DNA from: Chrysomallon squamiferum
Taxonomy: Eukaryota; Animalia; Mollusca
Assembly (NCBI GenBank): GCA_012295275.1
Contig: CM022677.1
Location: 23,622,001-23,686,000, forward strand
Reading direction: 5' to 3'
DNA length: 64,000 nucleotides
The notes beneath the pieces were generated by a model. That model was not told where the DNA came from. It ran no database searches and was given only the letters and a program-made list of their open reading frames with translations. Every line of letters starts with the position of its first letter. The stretch's first letter is position 1. A program made the translations under genes and the position numbers. This document shows positions 12,500 through 26,557 of this stretch, one piece after another.

Positions 12500-12709
12500 C
12501 AATACAGTCTTTTGGGCTAGAACACTTCTGCATCACACTTTTGTTATTTGGCCCTGTACACTGCTTTTCTCTTTTCCTAGATCCAGGGTTGTCACATAAT
12601 CTGAAATAGGAAACTATCTGATATCCAATTCCACAAGTTACATTACAAGGTCCATATGCTTTTTGTATCCATGGAAACCAATGACTATCCAGAGACCCAT
12701 ACCCATTTT
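12500..12709 (-). CDS. Gene 2 TSP1 exon class B (210 nt)
   Basis: [43 protein letters not shown]|gtataa. Confidence 0.88.
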
Positions 12710-12860
12710 CTGAAAGACAAATGTTTATATTTACGACAATTTTCTATTAACTTGTATTTTAACTTGTAAGAATGCAGGGCGTTTAGATTATAAGGCAGTG
12801 GATACTGATACAAATATTGATGTTAATCTTGTTATTCTCACATTTCAAATAAATAAATAT

Positions 12861-12904
<44 letters not shown>

Positions 12905-12958
12905 TGATAATGATAATAATAATAAGAAAAAGCAGAAGAAGAAGAAGAAGAATAATAC

Positions 12959-13153
12959 TGTTATGACAGTTAGGTATCACGAAACACTTTATTGTATATA
13001 TTTGTTCTCGTTGCCCTTGACAGGTCAATCCTTGTCCCTCTGGTTTAGGACGATTGCATTCTCTTCTAATATAAACATGTTTATATCCATATCCACAAGT
13101 GACACCACAAAGTTCTTGTGTTATAATTTCCCAACTACCCCAACCACCATGAA
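12959..13153 (-). CDS. Gene 2 TSP1 exon class C (ancestral donor GT>AT; in-phase cryptic GT 6 nt further)
   Basis: VHGGWGSWEIITQELCGVTCGYG..RECNRPKPEGQGLTC..CFVIPNC. Confidence 0.8.
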
Positions 13154-13329
13154 CTGAAAAAAAATTAATATATAAACTTGTGAGGAGGAACAGTGAAAAC
13201 CAGTATAAAATATTTTATAGCAGTAAGAGTTAAAAAGAAATAAGAGAAAAGAAAGAAAGAAAGAAAAAAAACCTTTAAAAAAGTTTATAATGTTGAAAGA
13301 AACAGGATATGCTATTTTAGATTCAGAAG

Positions 13330-13333
<4 letters not shown>

Positions 13334-13394
<61 letters not shown>
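13334..13394. repeat. (GA)n microsatellite
   Basis: visible run. Confidence 0.95.
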
Positions 13395-13396
<2 letters not shown>

Positions 13397-13897
13397 AACA
13401 TTTTATGGGGTAAATACTTTTGGATAAAACTAAATATCTTTAGTATCACAGAAAGCATTATTCTTATATTACATTTCTTGTATTTTATCAAGAGGATGGG
13501 AGAACTTAATTGCAGAATATAAAATAACAGATGGTTTTTTGCCAGTATCTATATATCTATCTATATATACACAGTGTACATATTTATCAAGTCACAAGTT
13601 TTTGTAGATTGATTTGTACTAAGCATATAGTTTCTGGTTATACATAATCTGTCTGTCTGTCTGTCTTTCTATCTATCTATAGAGTCATGCATATTTATTG
13701 AGTCACAAGCTTTTGAAGATGGATTTGTACCAAGCACATAACTTATGATTATACATATTCCCTGAACCAGATAAATGTATGTATGTATTTTAGAACTGAA
13801 ATACCTCTGTCTTACATACATCTGATTAGGTTCTGTACATAGACAATATTTGAGAATGCCCTGATCAAAGGTGGACAAAGTCCAGTCAAGACGTCAC

Positions 13898-14114
13898 ATG
13901 TATGTATGTATGTATGTGTGTATGTATGTATGTATGTATGTATGTTTGTCTGTATGTCTGTATGTATGTATGTATGTATGTATGTATGTATGTATGTATG
14001 TATGTATGTTTGTATGTATGTTTGTATGTATGTATGTATGTATGTATGTATGTATGTATGTATGTGTGTATGTATGTATGTTTGTATGTATGTATGTATG
14101 TATGTATGTATGTA

Positions 14115-14153
<39 letters not shown>

Positions 14154-14172
14154 GTATGTATGTATGAATGTA
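13898..14172. repeat. (ATGT)n tetranucleotide microsatellite
   Basis: visible run; source of the spurious HTYI/MYVC ORFs. Confidence 0.95.
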
Positions 14173-14341
14173 TACTGAAGCACAAGTTTCCATAGATACA
14201 TTTGTACTGAATACATAATAAACCTTCTAACATACTTCTCATTTCTGTGTCAGCAGATTCAACATGGTTCAAGCGAGACCATGAAATCTTGGCACTTCTT
14301 AATGTAATTTTCAACAACTTATTATGAAAACATGGAATTTT

Positions 14342-14376
<35 letters not shown>

Positions 14377-14833
14377 TTATTTTCTTCTTATTTTTTGGGA
14401 AAGATTTTTCCATTTAAGTCATGTGTTGTTATCAGTTATGAAACAAATTACAAAATTACAAACATTAAGTCATTCCAGAATAATGTCACAGAGATAACCA
14501 TTAAATGAACAAAAGCTTGCTACTGTTAATAAACAACTGAGTAACAATGGATTCAAATAACAAATGATTTTTGCAACTTGTGTATAATCTTAGGCACATT
14601 TATATTCTCAATCGCAGCAAACAGGACAGTCATAAAAAAAAAAAAAAATAAACAAATAAAAATGAATGAGAAGAAATAACTTACTGTTCTGAGTAACTGC
14701 ATACTTTCATACTTTCCCCAAAATGCAGCTTAAAACCAGGTTTGATTATAAAGGATTACATTCTGGAATTATTGTTTTGTTTTGTGGTTTCTTTCTTTTT
14801 TTTTTTTTTTTTTTAATTTCTCACTCAGCTTAC

Positions 14834-15007
14834 CTGTCTTACATGAATCTTGTTTGCACTGTTCAAAGCCAGATGTAACAAAAACCCCGAAACAAAAGAT
14901 GTTTGGCCCAATACACTTCCTAGTGTTATAGAAGTATCTTTGACAGGAATGACGACAAACCCCATTCACCTTTCTCCAAGATGACCACTGAGCTCCATTC
15001 ATAGGAT
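14834..15007 (-). CDS. Gene 2 TSP1-like exon class D (174 nt)
   Basis: [44 protein letters not shown]|gtaagc. Confidence 0.88.
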
Positions 15008-15701
15008 CTATGTGTGTATATATATATATATTATTATACAAACACACCTGCACATACACACACAGACACACAAAGAGAAAAATGTCACTGTCATTTTGTT
15101 ATTTTTGTTCAACATTCTAATTATTTACTTATTTTAATTCAGAATATTCATAAAAAGTATTGAATTATGAACGCAATACCAATCAAACAGGTTATGAGAA
15201 AGAAATTAATAAATTTTATCTAAATCTTTTAGCAGCACCAGTAGTCTGCAAACTGAGATAACCTCACAAGTCGCACCATTTTCTAAATATTTACACCATC
15301 TTCCAGAAGTGACATTATTATTTATTTATTTATTTTTGTTTTGTTTTGTTTTTCTTCAATAAATATAGAAAACTCATTTCTAAAACATTTAATACACATG
15401 TTAAATGAACAATATTGAAAAATATATCAAATGAAATTAAGATAAAAAACATACATATGGGCTCTGTATGTGCATGGATGTATGTGTGTATGTGTGTCTC
15501 ACTGTGTATTTCTATACATAATTTAAATAGTTTTCTTCTCTTTTGTAATTAAAAGAAAGATTTCTCTGACTTATGTTAATCATATTTTATATGAAAACAG
15601 AAAAAAAGCAGAAAAAAAAAGCTAATAAAAAAAAAAAAAAAAAAATAAAAATGTTCTTATTAATTGACTATTTCATTACATAAAAAAGACAATTAGCGTA
15701 C

Positions 15702-15872
15702 GTTTCTCACAGCAGTCTCTGTAATTAACACTCTTACTATAACCAGGACAAGGTGAGCCACTTGGACTGGGTGCAGGATTTGTACACAGTCTTCGGCGAA
15801 TAACTTTCTGTTGACAGTTCAAATCACATTTGGCAACTGTACGAATAAACCATTGACTCCATCCACCATTCA
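15702..15872 (-). CDS. Gene 2 TSP1 exon class A (171 nt)
   Basis: [32 protein letters not shown]|gtacgc. Confidence 0.9.
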
Positions 15873-16283
15873 CTGAAAATAATTTACAATTACTGAACTC
15901 TGTATCTTCTAAGTTAACTGTAAATTTGAATTTTCTTAGCAGACTATTTAGCATTTATCTAAATTTTTTTCTTCAGAAAAGCCTTTAGTACAAATGTTCA
16001 AATTGCTGCACAATTTATTCTGGTTTCTAAGATTATTTTACCATTTATGTAAGGCCATTAATTATTCTTTTATTACTTTTGTTTTTGTTAATGAAAAAAA
16101 ATCAGGATAATAATCAACAGAAAATTGATTATACTTTATTTTTCTAAACATATCTGCATATTATTTCCTGAAATCAGGTCTGGATAGGAGAACATTTGTT
16201 TTGTTGTTTTTTTTATTTTTTTATTTATTATTATTCTTAACTGTTAACTGTAAAACCCATACAAAAAAAACAATTAAAAATAC

Positions 16284-16495
16284 CAAAACACTCTGTTCTT
16301 CTCGAAAACACTTCCGCATCTCAGTTTTTTCATTTGGCCCATCACACTTCTTTCCTCCATTCTTAGGTATGGGGTTGTTACAAAATCTAATGTAAGGAAT
16401 TTTTTGATTTCCAGTTCCACAAGTCACAACACAAGGTATATATCTTCTTTGCATCCATTCAGACCAGTCACCATCCAATGAACCGTACCCATTCT
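16284..16495 (-). CDS. Gene 2 TSP1 exon class B, frameshifted near 3' end (212 nt)
   Basis: NGYGSLDGDWSEW..CVVTCGTG..RFCNNPIPKNGGKKC..KCFR; last Cys out of frame. Confidence 0.8.
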
Positions 16496-17743
16496 CTGAA
16501 AGTATGTAAAATGTTCAAACTCTTCTGATTTTTCTCCATCATAGTCACTGCTAAACAGAATCACTAGTCAGATAGTTTATTTTAGTTAAAGCATTGCCGT
16601 AATACTACAAAAGCTGAGGAGATTGAAGTAATATTTATATTTCTTTATTATCAGCTGTTAACTACTGTTTATTGTTTTTATTTACTTTTATTTTAATTTT
16701 ATTTCATACACATAAATACACTCAAATGTGCAGACAACAACAATGCAGGTGAATACAAGGAAAACTGCTTTAGGTTTTCCATCAGTTGCAGAAATCAATT
16801 TCTGACATTATTATTTATTTTTACTTTTCAAACTTCGGTTTTGCAAGAGTTTGAGGACAGTCCATTTTCTAATTATAAAAACAAAACAGCAACCCGAAAC
16901 AACAGAGATATTAAAATACTTTAAAACCCATTTCTAAAATATTATGCTACAAGATGTTTGTCCTTAGATTTCTTTCTCTTGTCTCAGATTAATTACAGTC
17001 TGCACTTCAAGATTCTTTATTATTTTGTAAGTTCAATACATACTGTTAATCCTCAATCCTCTCCTTGTCCTTGTCTTACTACTACTATTACTACTGTCAT
17101 AATAAAAGTAATAGTAATAGAAATAATAATAATAATAAGAAGAAGACAAAGAAAAAAAACAAGAAGAAGAATACTCTTACAACACTGAATTCTTCTTAAA
17201 CATGCTCATTTCAATGTTTTTTTCTTTTCTAACTTAGGTTTTGTATATCAGTTTAAAAGGAAAGCATTTCTGAAATCATCTTCAGGAAAGTTCAGTTTGT
17301 AAAATTTATAATGTGCTAAAACTTTGATTTATATAAAACACAGAATTTTAAATCTTTAAGATATATTACTTATCCTATTATAAAATATTACTTTATTAGA
17401 TATATTCTCTTATTGATCTTCCTCTTCTAATTAACGTCCCACATTTCTTCACCGAAACAAAATGTTATAATTGTGTAATTGCATTGCATCCACATAATAA
17501 AACAACAACAACTACTGCTTCTGCTACTACTACTACTACTACTACTACTATAATAATAATAATAAAAAATTAAAAGAAGAAGAAGAAAAATACTCTTACT
17601 ATATCAAAATGTCTTGAAAAATATGATTTTAAATAATTTCAGACACATATCATCTGATTGTAAGAAAATATGCTATTAAATTTCATCTGTTACTTTCCTC
17701 TTTATTTATTATAATTTGCTTTTATCAGTTCTTCACCAAAGAT

Positions 17744-17781
<38 letters not shown>

Positions 17782-17809
17782 TATAATGATGATAATAATA
17801 ATAATAATC

Positions 17810-17847
<38 letters not shown>

Positions 17848-17880
17848 GAAAACGAAGAAGAAGAAGAAGAATACTCTTAC

Positions 17881-18057
17881 TACATGGTAGACGCTTGCAT
17901 GCTTGTTTCAATAGTTTTTCTTTTGGCCCATGACAGGTCACACCTTGTCCAACTGGTTTGCATACTCTTCGAACATAAACAGTGGCGTATCCATATCCAC
18001 AAGTGACACTACAAGGTTTTTGTTTTATAATGATCCACCTACTCCAAACACCATGAA
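17881..18057 (-). CDS. Gene 2 TSP1 exon class C (177 nt)
   Basis: [45 protein letters not shown]|gtaaga. Confidence 0.85.
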
Positions 18058-18184
18058 CTTTTTATAGCAGAACGAGTCCAAAAGGAATAACAGAAAAGAA
18101 ATTAATAAGAAAAATAATTATAAAAACTTAAAATAGTTTATAATGCTGGAAGAAATAGGATGTGCTATTTTAGATTCAGAAGAA

Positions 18185-18225
<41 letters not shown>

Positions 18226-19313
18226 ACACACACACCAATAACATTTTATGGGTACATATATAATTATCAAATTTATAAACTGAAGAATTCTTAGGATCGG
18301 ACTGTCTGCCCTTCTTTTTCTGTTTGTTTCAGTGTTTTAATTTTTGATTTTTTAAATATAAATGAATTTTAACTTTTTATTTCTTATTACAATAATTTTA
18401 TTTTATGTCAAATCGCTTGCCAAATTTTATAAAGCTTTTAATAACAGAAACATTCTGACTTCAAACCATGATGGAAAAACACACCAGAATTTACACCTTG
18501 TCCTTATAACTAGTTTTCATAGCTTCTGTGTAATTTCAGAAACAAACAAAACAAACAACATCAAATAAAGCACACACATTCAGGCAGCTCTTTCCTTGTT
18601 AATAAACAGCTACTGACTATGATCACCTGACATAAGCACTGTTAATGAGTTAACATAAATCCTTTTTACTGCTAACCAACTAATCAGAAATCATATTAAT
18701 AAAGTCGTTAACAACTTCTAACAGTAATTTGTCACTAAGTAATATTGTATATTTGTGGAGAATAGTATCAAATAATTCCCAACATCAGAAACATTCTGTC
18801 TAGTCAAACAGGCTATGCATGTACACATAACAAATTAATAAAGTGTTTATTCAGACTAATATACATTTATCCATTGAAATTGCATAACAAAGCTGTAATT
18901 AATATAACATTTAGATAAAATGTAGACTATATTTTACTCAAATATGGGAAATGAAAGGAAATGAAACACATATAGAACTTACTCAGATCTGAAGAGTATT
19001 CACATGTTTACATACACTGAATAAGGTGTGTCTTTGAAAATTCACAAACTAAATTAAAGGGATTGAAATCATAAAAAAAAAAGAGTAATAAAATAAATAT
19101 ACAAAATAATAACAATAATAATAATAACAATAATAATAATAATAACAATAATAATAATAATCATAATAATAATAATAATAATAATAATTCTATGATATAT
19201 GCATTTAGTAACTCAGGACCCAGAAAATGACAATGAATCCCCAAATTCATTTGCAGTTTTTCATTTAGGAAATACTGAGGGTGTTTTGTTTCGTTTCTCT
19301 TCAGTCAACTTAC

Positions 19314-19484
19314 CAATTTTACAAGCATCTTCACTGCACTGCTCTAAATGAGTCTTAACAAAAACACCGAAACAATAGCGATTTTTCCCAATACACTCCC
19401 TCACTTCGAGGACATGTCTCTCACATGAGCTTTCACACACATCATTGACTGTTGTCCACAACGTCCACAGAGGTCCATTGATAT
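19314..19484 (-). CDS. Gene 2 TSP1-like exon class D (acceptor AG>GG; in-frame alternative acceptor at 19517)
   Basis: [43 protein letters not shown]|gtaagt. Confidence 0.8.
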
Positions 19485-19808
19485 CCGGGGAAATTTTATT
19501 TTCTTCTTTATTTTTGCCTAGAGAAACAAAAAAACATGAAACGACTGTTACTGAGGAGAAAAGAAAAGAAACAAAAGAATTACTAATAATAAATAAATAG
19601 AAGCAACAGCAAATAAAATGTTTTACAAACATTTTTTTTATTCTTCCTTTTTACCTAGATAATTTTAAATGAAGATTCACAAAAATATTTTTAATAAATA
19701 ATAATAATAATAATAAAAAAATAAATAAATAAAAACTACTACTACTAATAATAATAATAATATTACTTTATTTTTGGACACTTTCTTACAAAATCACATT
19801 CTACATAA

Positions 19809-19979
19809 TTTTCTCACAGCAGTCTCTGTAACTAACACGCTGACTTTGACCAGGACAAGGTGCGCCACTTGGACTGGGTGCAGGATTTGTACACAGTCTT
19901 TTGTGAATAACTTCCTGTTGGCAGTTGAAACCACATTTTTCTACTCTCAGGAGAATCCACTCATTCCATCCACCATTCA
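19809..19979 (-). CDS. Gene 2 TSP1 exon class A (donor GT>TT)
   Basis: [45 protein letters not shown]|ttatgt. Confidence 0.8.
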
Positions 19980-20342
19980 CTGGAATACAATTAACAAAGA
20001 CTGAGCTCTGTGAACCTTTTACGGCATTTAAGTAAATTGTGAATTCATTTTCATTTCAAAACAATCATAACCTTATTGGCTAAAATATCAATGTATAGAA
20101 ATCTTAAACTATTTTTAAATTATCTCAAAAATCTGAGAACGTAAGTGCTAAATTTGACTAGACAATGGTTTTTGAATGCATTAATGAATGCATTTTTTTT
20201 TTTATAGTTATTTTACTTTATTATTTAATTATTTTTTAATATTATTATTATCATTATTTTTCTTTTCTGTTTTGTTTTGTTTTTATTTTTTATTTATTTT
20301 TTTTTTTTTTGTATTATTTATTTAGTTTGTTTGTTTCAGTTT

Positions 20343-20383
<41 letters not shown>

Positions 20384-20500
20384 CTGATAAAATTGGTTAG
20401 CTTATTCGTGATAAGGAATGTTTTCTTCTCGTATTATTTCATTATGGCACAAAATTAACCAATGAGTATATACAAAAAATTAGAAATACCCTGATTATAC

Positions 20501-20711
20501 CAATACATTCTTTTAATCCGTGGCACTTTTGGATCACAGTTTTCATCTCTCGTCCCAGACACTTCTTTCCTCCATTCTGAGGGGGAGGGTTGATACATCT
20601 TCTAAAGAAAGTGAACTGTATGATTTCCGATTCCACAAGTGACGTCACATGGTACGTTTAATTGTATTAACCAATGAGACCATTCACCATCCAGTGACCG
20701 ATTTCCTTTCT
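20501..20711 (-). CDS. Gene 2 TSP1 exon class B, +1 frameshift with TAG at 20602-20604 (211 nt)
   Basis: EKGNRSLDGEWSHW..CDVTCGIG..HFL*, then shifted RRCINPPPQNGGKKC..CHGLKECI. Confidence 0.8.
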
Positions 20712-21332
20712 CTGAAAGCAAAGTGTTCAGTTTTTTACTTTTATTATTTTTATTTATTTATTAGTTTTATTAATTTTTTATTTTTGTATTTTTGTTTTTT
20801 TTTTTTTCTATTGTCACATTCAATTTTAAAGTGGGTACGTACTAAAGTAGTATTTCAACTTATATATGCCAGAGCATATTCAAATGTGTAAAATAATATT
20901 TCTGTTAGTTTCATTCTCAGCTATATAGATGTTTTTATAAAATTTTATTTATCGTTATTATTAATTTATTTTGTGCATAAAAATTCAAACAAACTTGAAT
21001 TAACATTGCTTTATGATAGCTAATTTTCTAAAATATGTAATACACTTTTATTTATATAAAACATACTGATAATTAAACTAGTTTATAATGATTTCTAATG
21101 ATAATAATGAAATATTACTTTAATAGATGTTTGTCCTTCTTTTTTTCCTCTTCTTTTAATTAACATATTATACTTTTTTATCACACTACATATGATACAA
21201 ATACTGTCACTATACATCTTATACTACTACTACCACTTCTACTACTACTAGTAGTACTCCTATTTCTACTACTACTACTACTACTACTACTACTAATCCT
21301 AGTAACAGTAATAATAATAAGAATCTTGCTAC

Positions 21333-21521
21333 CACAGTGTTTTATAACAAAACACATGCGTTTCCGTATATCTTCATGGTCCCCTTGACATGGCAATCCT
21401 TGTCCTATAGGTGCAGGATTATTGCATTTTCTTTGAAAAGCAACATACTTATTTCCATATCCACAAGTGACAGTACAATGACCTTTTGCTGTAACTTCCC
21501 ATTCACCCCAAGCACCATGAA
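21333..21521 (-). CDS. Gene 2 TSP1 exon class C (189 nt)
   Basis: VHGAWGEWEVTAKGHCTVTCGYG..RKCNNPAPIGQGLPC..CFVIKHC; weak donor gtagca. Confidence 0.85.
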
Positions 21522-21673
21522 CTTAAAACAACAACAAAAAAAAAAAAAAAAACTTATGTTGATGTAAAACTGCTATAAAACAGAAATTAGTTTGAAAAAG
21601 AATTAAACAAAAAGAGAAATCATAATAACAGTTGATTATTCAGAAGTAACTGTAATGTGTGAGAGAGTGAGAG

Positions 21674-21731
<58 letters not shown>

Positions 21732-22287
21732 GAATCTGCCTCATTAGAATTTGTTGTAATTATAAACTATATTATTATCCAAGATTCTAAAGGGGCTCGT
21801 TTTCAGACTCATGATTCTAAACAACATATGGATCAAACTAAATAAACATGAGAATAGCAAAGTGTTTAAAGATGTGATGACTTTGACTTTAGCCTATAAT
21901 TTTACCATATGGATCTGGTGATCATAAAAATAAAAGGTGTCTTAAAAGGTACAAAACATGCAAAATAATGTTTTTGTTTTTTTTAATTTTTTTTGTTTTT
22001 TTTTTTTTTTTTGTTTTTAAATAGTTGCAAATGAATGTTAAGTTTTGAACTGTTGTAAGTTTTGTACAATGTACATGCCAAGTACACATCAATATAATAA
22101 TAATAATAATAATAATAACAACAACAACAATAATAATGTTGATGATGATGATTATGATAAATAAATAAATAAATGAAAGATATATCCATTATGAGTAACT
22201 GCATAAGTCAGGATAGTCAAAATGAGACTTACACATACTTTGTTATGCAACACATATTAACGAATCCATGTCTCGGTTTTGATTTCC

Positions 22288-22289
<2 letters not shown>

Positions 22290-22372
<83 letters not shown>

Positions 22373-22382
22373 GTTATTATTA

Positions 22383-22431
<49 letters not shown>
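22290..22431. repeat. (TAT)n microsatellite
   Basis: visible run. Confidence 0.95.
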
Positions 22432-22432
<1 letters not shown>

Positions 22433-22452
22433 TTCTTTCTTATTTAACTTAC

Positions 22453-22629
22453 CTGTTTCACATGAATCCTCTCTGCACTTTTCTACACGGGATTTTACAT
22501 AAGTTCCATAACAATAGCAGTTTTTGCCGACACACTGTCTAGAGTTATATATATACCTTTCACATTTGTGTGAGCATACATCACTGAAATCTGTACTCCA
22601 CTCTGTCCACTGCGCTCTGTTGCAAGTGT
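22453..22629 (-). CDS. Gene 2 TSP1-like exon class D (177 nt)
   Basis: DTCNRAQWTEWSTDFSDVCSHKCERY..RQCVGKNCYCYG..CREDSCET|gtaagt. Confidence 0.88.
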
Positions 22630-22831
22630 CTGGGGAGCAAAAGAATATATATATATATATTTGTTATGTGACTTGTGGTATTGGAAATTTTGCAGTTCCT
22701 TTCTTTATATAAAAGTCCTTTTTTATAATATTCTTAAATAACAATGATTATTTGTGGGTTTTTTTTTTTTTAAATAATAACAAAACAAGTAACTTTCCAC
22801 ACACATACACACATGGGTTAGTGTGAATATT

Positions 22832-22871
<40 letters not shown>

Positions 22872-23369
22872 CAAAATAAAAAAATAAAATGAACGTGTAT
22901 AAAATAACTAAGTGAAGTTCTGGTGTTTTAAATAATATCTGAAATTTTCAGTGACTATACATATTCACTCATTTATTTATGTATGTATATATGTGTGTGT
23001 CTGTGTGTTTGCGTGCATGTGTGGGTATGTGTGTTAATAACAAGCTATTTGTCGAAGTGAGAGAGATCTTGCCACAGCTTTCACCTTTTCTACAACCTTC
23101 AGATTATAAATTTAATTATTTTATTTTAACATACTGTTGGAGACTAATTTGGACTTTATGACTCTTTTAATAATATTTCACATTTTAGACAGAAAAAAAA
23201 AAAAAAAAAATTAATAAATAGAATAAACACTTGTAAAAACATAAATCATGTGGGGGAATGTTCAGATTCATTGTTCATGAGAGAGAAGTCAACAAATAAT
23301 ATATGACTTTAAAAAGACGACCTATTCTGCAGACTATAAACCATACATATCTGATTCTCTGTTACATAC

Positions 23370-23540
23370 CTTTGTCACAGCAGTCTCTGTTGTCAACACG
23401 CTGACTATCACCAGGACAAGGTGCGCCACTTGGACTGGGTGCAGGATTTATACACAGTCTTTGGTGAATAACTTCCTGCTGACAGTTGAAACCACATTTT
23501 TTAACTCTCTGAAGAAACCAACTATTCCATCCACCATTGA
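23370..23540 (-). CDS. Gene 2 TSP1 exon class A (171 nt)
   Basis: VNGGWNSWFLQRVKKCGFNC..RLCINPAPSPSGAPC..RDCCDK|gtatgt. Confidence 0.9.
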
Positions 23541-26347
23541 CTGAAATACAAACCTTCAGTCTGTGTATCTTCTAAGTATATTCTAAATATAAAATAAGTT
23601 CATGAAACCAATTACAGCTGTGTTTTTGCCTTTATCTAATTATTTCTCCCAAATATGTCGGAAAAAAAAAAAAAAATTATTATAATCATGAGCTATGGAA
23701 ATTCATTTCTTTTTTACAATCTGTTTTTTTCTATTAAACAGTCTAAGAAATAATTTGTGTAAAGTACATTATACACCCCATTCATTACAGTTGACAGACA
23801 GATGTAGGTAAATTGTTTCATATGCCAGCACTTAATGTTATTTGCATGTACTATGTGAACTGAAGATATGCCATTTGGCACAAGAAATGAATTATTCAGA
23901 TGTGTTGTTACCAGTGGAGGAATAAAATGTTTTTTTTTAAAGTTTAGTAAATAAAACAATAAATAAAATGCTTTTTTTACTTTTCTTTCTTGACATATTT
24001 TATGCCATTACTATTATTATTATTATTATTAGCAGTATCAGCAGCAGCAGCAGTAGTAGTAGTAGTAGAAGTAACAGTATTAGTAGTAAAAGTATGTGTG
24101 TTTGTCTATTTTAATATGAAGAAATCAATTAAAAATATTGTCAGTACTTCCAGATTATTCTTGCATTTGTATCTGATGGTCAACCTCTGCTAATAAAAAC
24201 ATATGACAATAAATTATTTCCAAATCACAATTTTATCCAAATGCTGCAGATTTAAGAGTTTTAAATTTGAAACGAACTACAGGTTCCAATGATCATTTCT
24301 TTTTATTCCATAAAGAGACACAATCCGAAATCAGTTGATTGACATTTCACACTAATAGCTCTGATATCTTTTGGCAGCCATCTTTAAATACTGGTCTGAA
24401 AAGTCAGATTTTATCCACATTTTTTCCCCATGATATAGTCTTGATATTTTCTAAGTTAAACATCTTCTGGCCAATCTTCATTCAGACCCAGCTAGTCTGG
24501 CTTGTGATGCATTCATGAAAATGATGAAATCAAATTCTTCTGTTGCTTTTTAACTTGTAAGAGCATAACATTGACACTATATTTCTTCTATAACAAACCG
24601 TAACCTGAAAGCTTCAGATGCTGATCTTATTAAGATCATTTGTAGATTTTATTAAGATCAAAATTGACTGAAGTAAAAAATTAATATTGTTCATAGAAAA
24701 TAAACTTTAATTCTATTCATTATCAGTCAGGTGTAATATGAATGAAGACTAGTGTACTTTACTGTCATGAAATTAATACATTTTATTTTATTACATTATA
24801 CTGCATACTTGGCTGTTTATCCAATTCAGCACAGCATACAGGCAAATATTACACATCTTTATCATTGTCTATGTATGAAAAACTGTATGAGAGGCAGTTA
24901 ATGTACTCTCAATGGGATTAATACTATAACAAATATTTGTCAAATTTTCTGTTTGTCTTATTAAAACACAATGAAATTATATAGAGCCCAAAAAGGTAAC
25001 ACAGAAAATATTCGCATAACCTTTTTGTTGTACGTAACCCTTTTTTATGAATTAAGTTATGAAGAATTTCATTATCATTTCAAACAGCATTTCATTTGGT
25101 TCCACAATTAGTTGTTCACGGAATATGCTGAAATAAATCCAATCTTTATGATTAATATATTGGAAGAGGTAAAACTATTAAAGTAACTTTTCATTTCTTC
25201 TGAAAACATCTGCCGCTCCTCCCAAAAAAAATATATAAAAACTTCAGATCTTCCTAAGTAGTTAAATTTTAGCTCTATATTATACTAGTATTAATAAATT
25301 CCAAAATGTTAATATTATTCTGCTTCCATTTGCAGAATGAAAGCAACTCTTGAAATATGTTGACAATGTCAAGGTTAGTTGTTTGTTTTATTGGGATATC
25401 CTATTCACTACTGAGAAGTATATTCTGACAGCTACGTTGAAAGGCAAGAAGGCTGCGAAGTGCCAACATTTCAGATACAGCGAACTGCATTTTATTTTCA
25501 ACAATGATAATAATGATCGTTTAGGCAATTTCCTTTTACAACAGATAGGAAAATACTATAGGAAAAAGTTGACAATGTAAATGCAGTCCTTAGATGTAAG
25601 ATAAATAAAAGATTATTAATGTATTCCTGTTAAACGAACAACAGAGCTTCTCTGTATAAGAGATGCTGGAAACACTAACACGATTCAGTGGTTACCTACC
25701 TTTATAGATAACTTAGTATTATTATGTAAACAACACAGTCAGTTTATTGGTGAGATTCTTTCTCTTATGTTGTTGTTCACAGGAATCTCTAACATCTGCT
25801 ACTGCCTCTTTTCTTCACAACGACTCCCATGCATTAACACCTCCATTAAAATTATGCCTGCAAATTTTGAACAGCGCTCTACATTTTCTAGATGAGAAAA
25901 ACACTATTAGAAAACTCAGTAATCTGCTAACCGTTCATGCTCCTTGCAACATTCTCTATCCTGTCTTTTTCCTACATTTCAGCAGTCTTCGCCCCTCTTT
26001 CTCTAGCAGAAAACTAATGTAAAACGTACACAAACCACGCATTTGTAGTCCTAGCTAGGGCTTGAAAAGTTAAAATGGCGACGTTTATGAAATAGCGAAA
26101 TTTTATTGTCTTATCAGAACTTAGCCACCAGACACAAATGCAATACCATGCTGGAAGGATAAAAACAGATTTAAGGCTGGTACTTCAGTGCACGATTCAT
26201 TTCAGAACCATTTATGTCTAGAAACTGCATTAAAATTCTTAGAACATAATGAACAGTAATTATATTTTATTTACATATTTACAGGATTAAGACACCGAAT
26301 AACTCATCAGACCAAAAGGTAAAAAGAAAAGAAAAAGCTGGTTATAC

Positions 26348-26557
26348 CAACACATTCTTCTTTGAGGCAGTTCTCTGTGGCAACTTTGTTTTCTGAACCA
26401 CGACAGTACTTTGCTCCTGCTCCTGTAGGTGGAGGACTGTCACATGTTCGAACGTTAAAAACAAATCGTATTCCAACTCCACAAGACCCATAACACATAC
26501 CTGTTGTCTTCCCCATCCACAGACTCCATCCACCATCCAGGGTCCAAACTCCATCCT
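26348..26557 (-). CDS. Gene 2 TSP1 exon class B (210 nt)
   Basis: EDGVWTLDGGWSLW..CYGSCGVG..RTCDSPPP..CLKEECV|gtataa. Confidence 0.9.

Noticed and set aside
13812-14317. Overlapping HTYI/MYVC ORFs
   Set aside because: Translations of an (ATGT)n microsatellite.
18983-19016. Candidate micro-exon
   Set aside because: 34 nt, frame-breaking, no homolog in the other cassettes.
22173-22542. Poly-Leu and poly-Tyr ORFs (also 866-1063, 1473-1655, 17702-18006)
   Set aside because: Trinucleotide microsatellite read-through; not genes.
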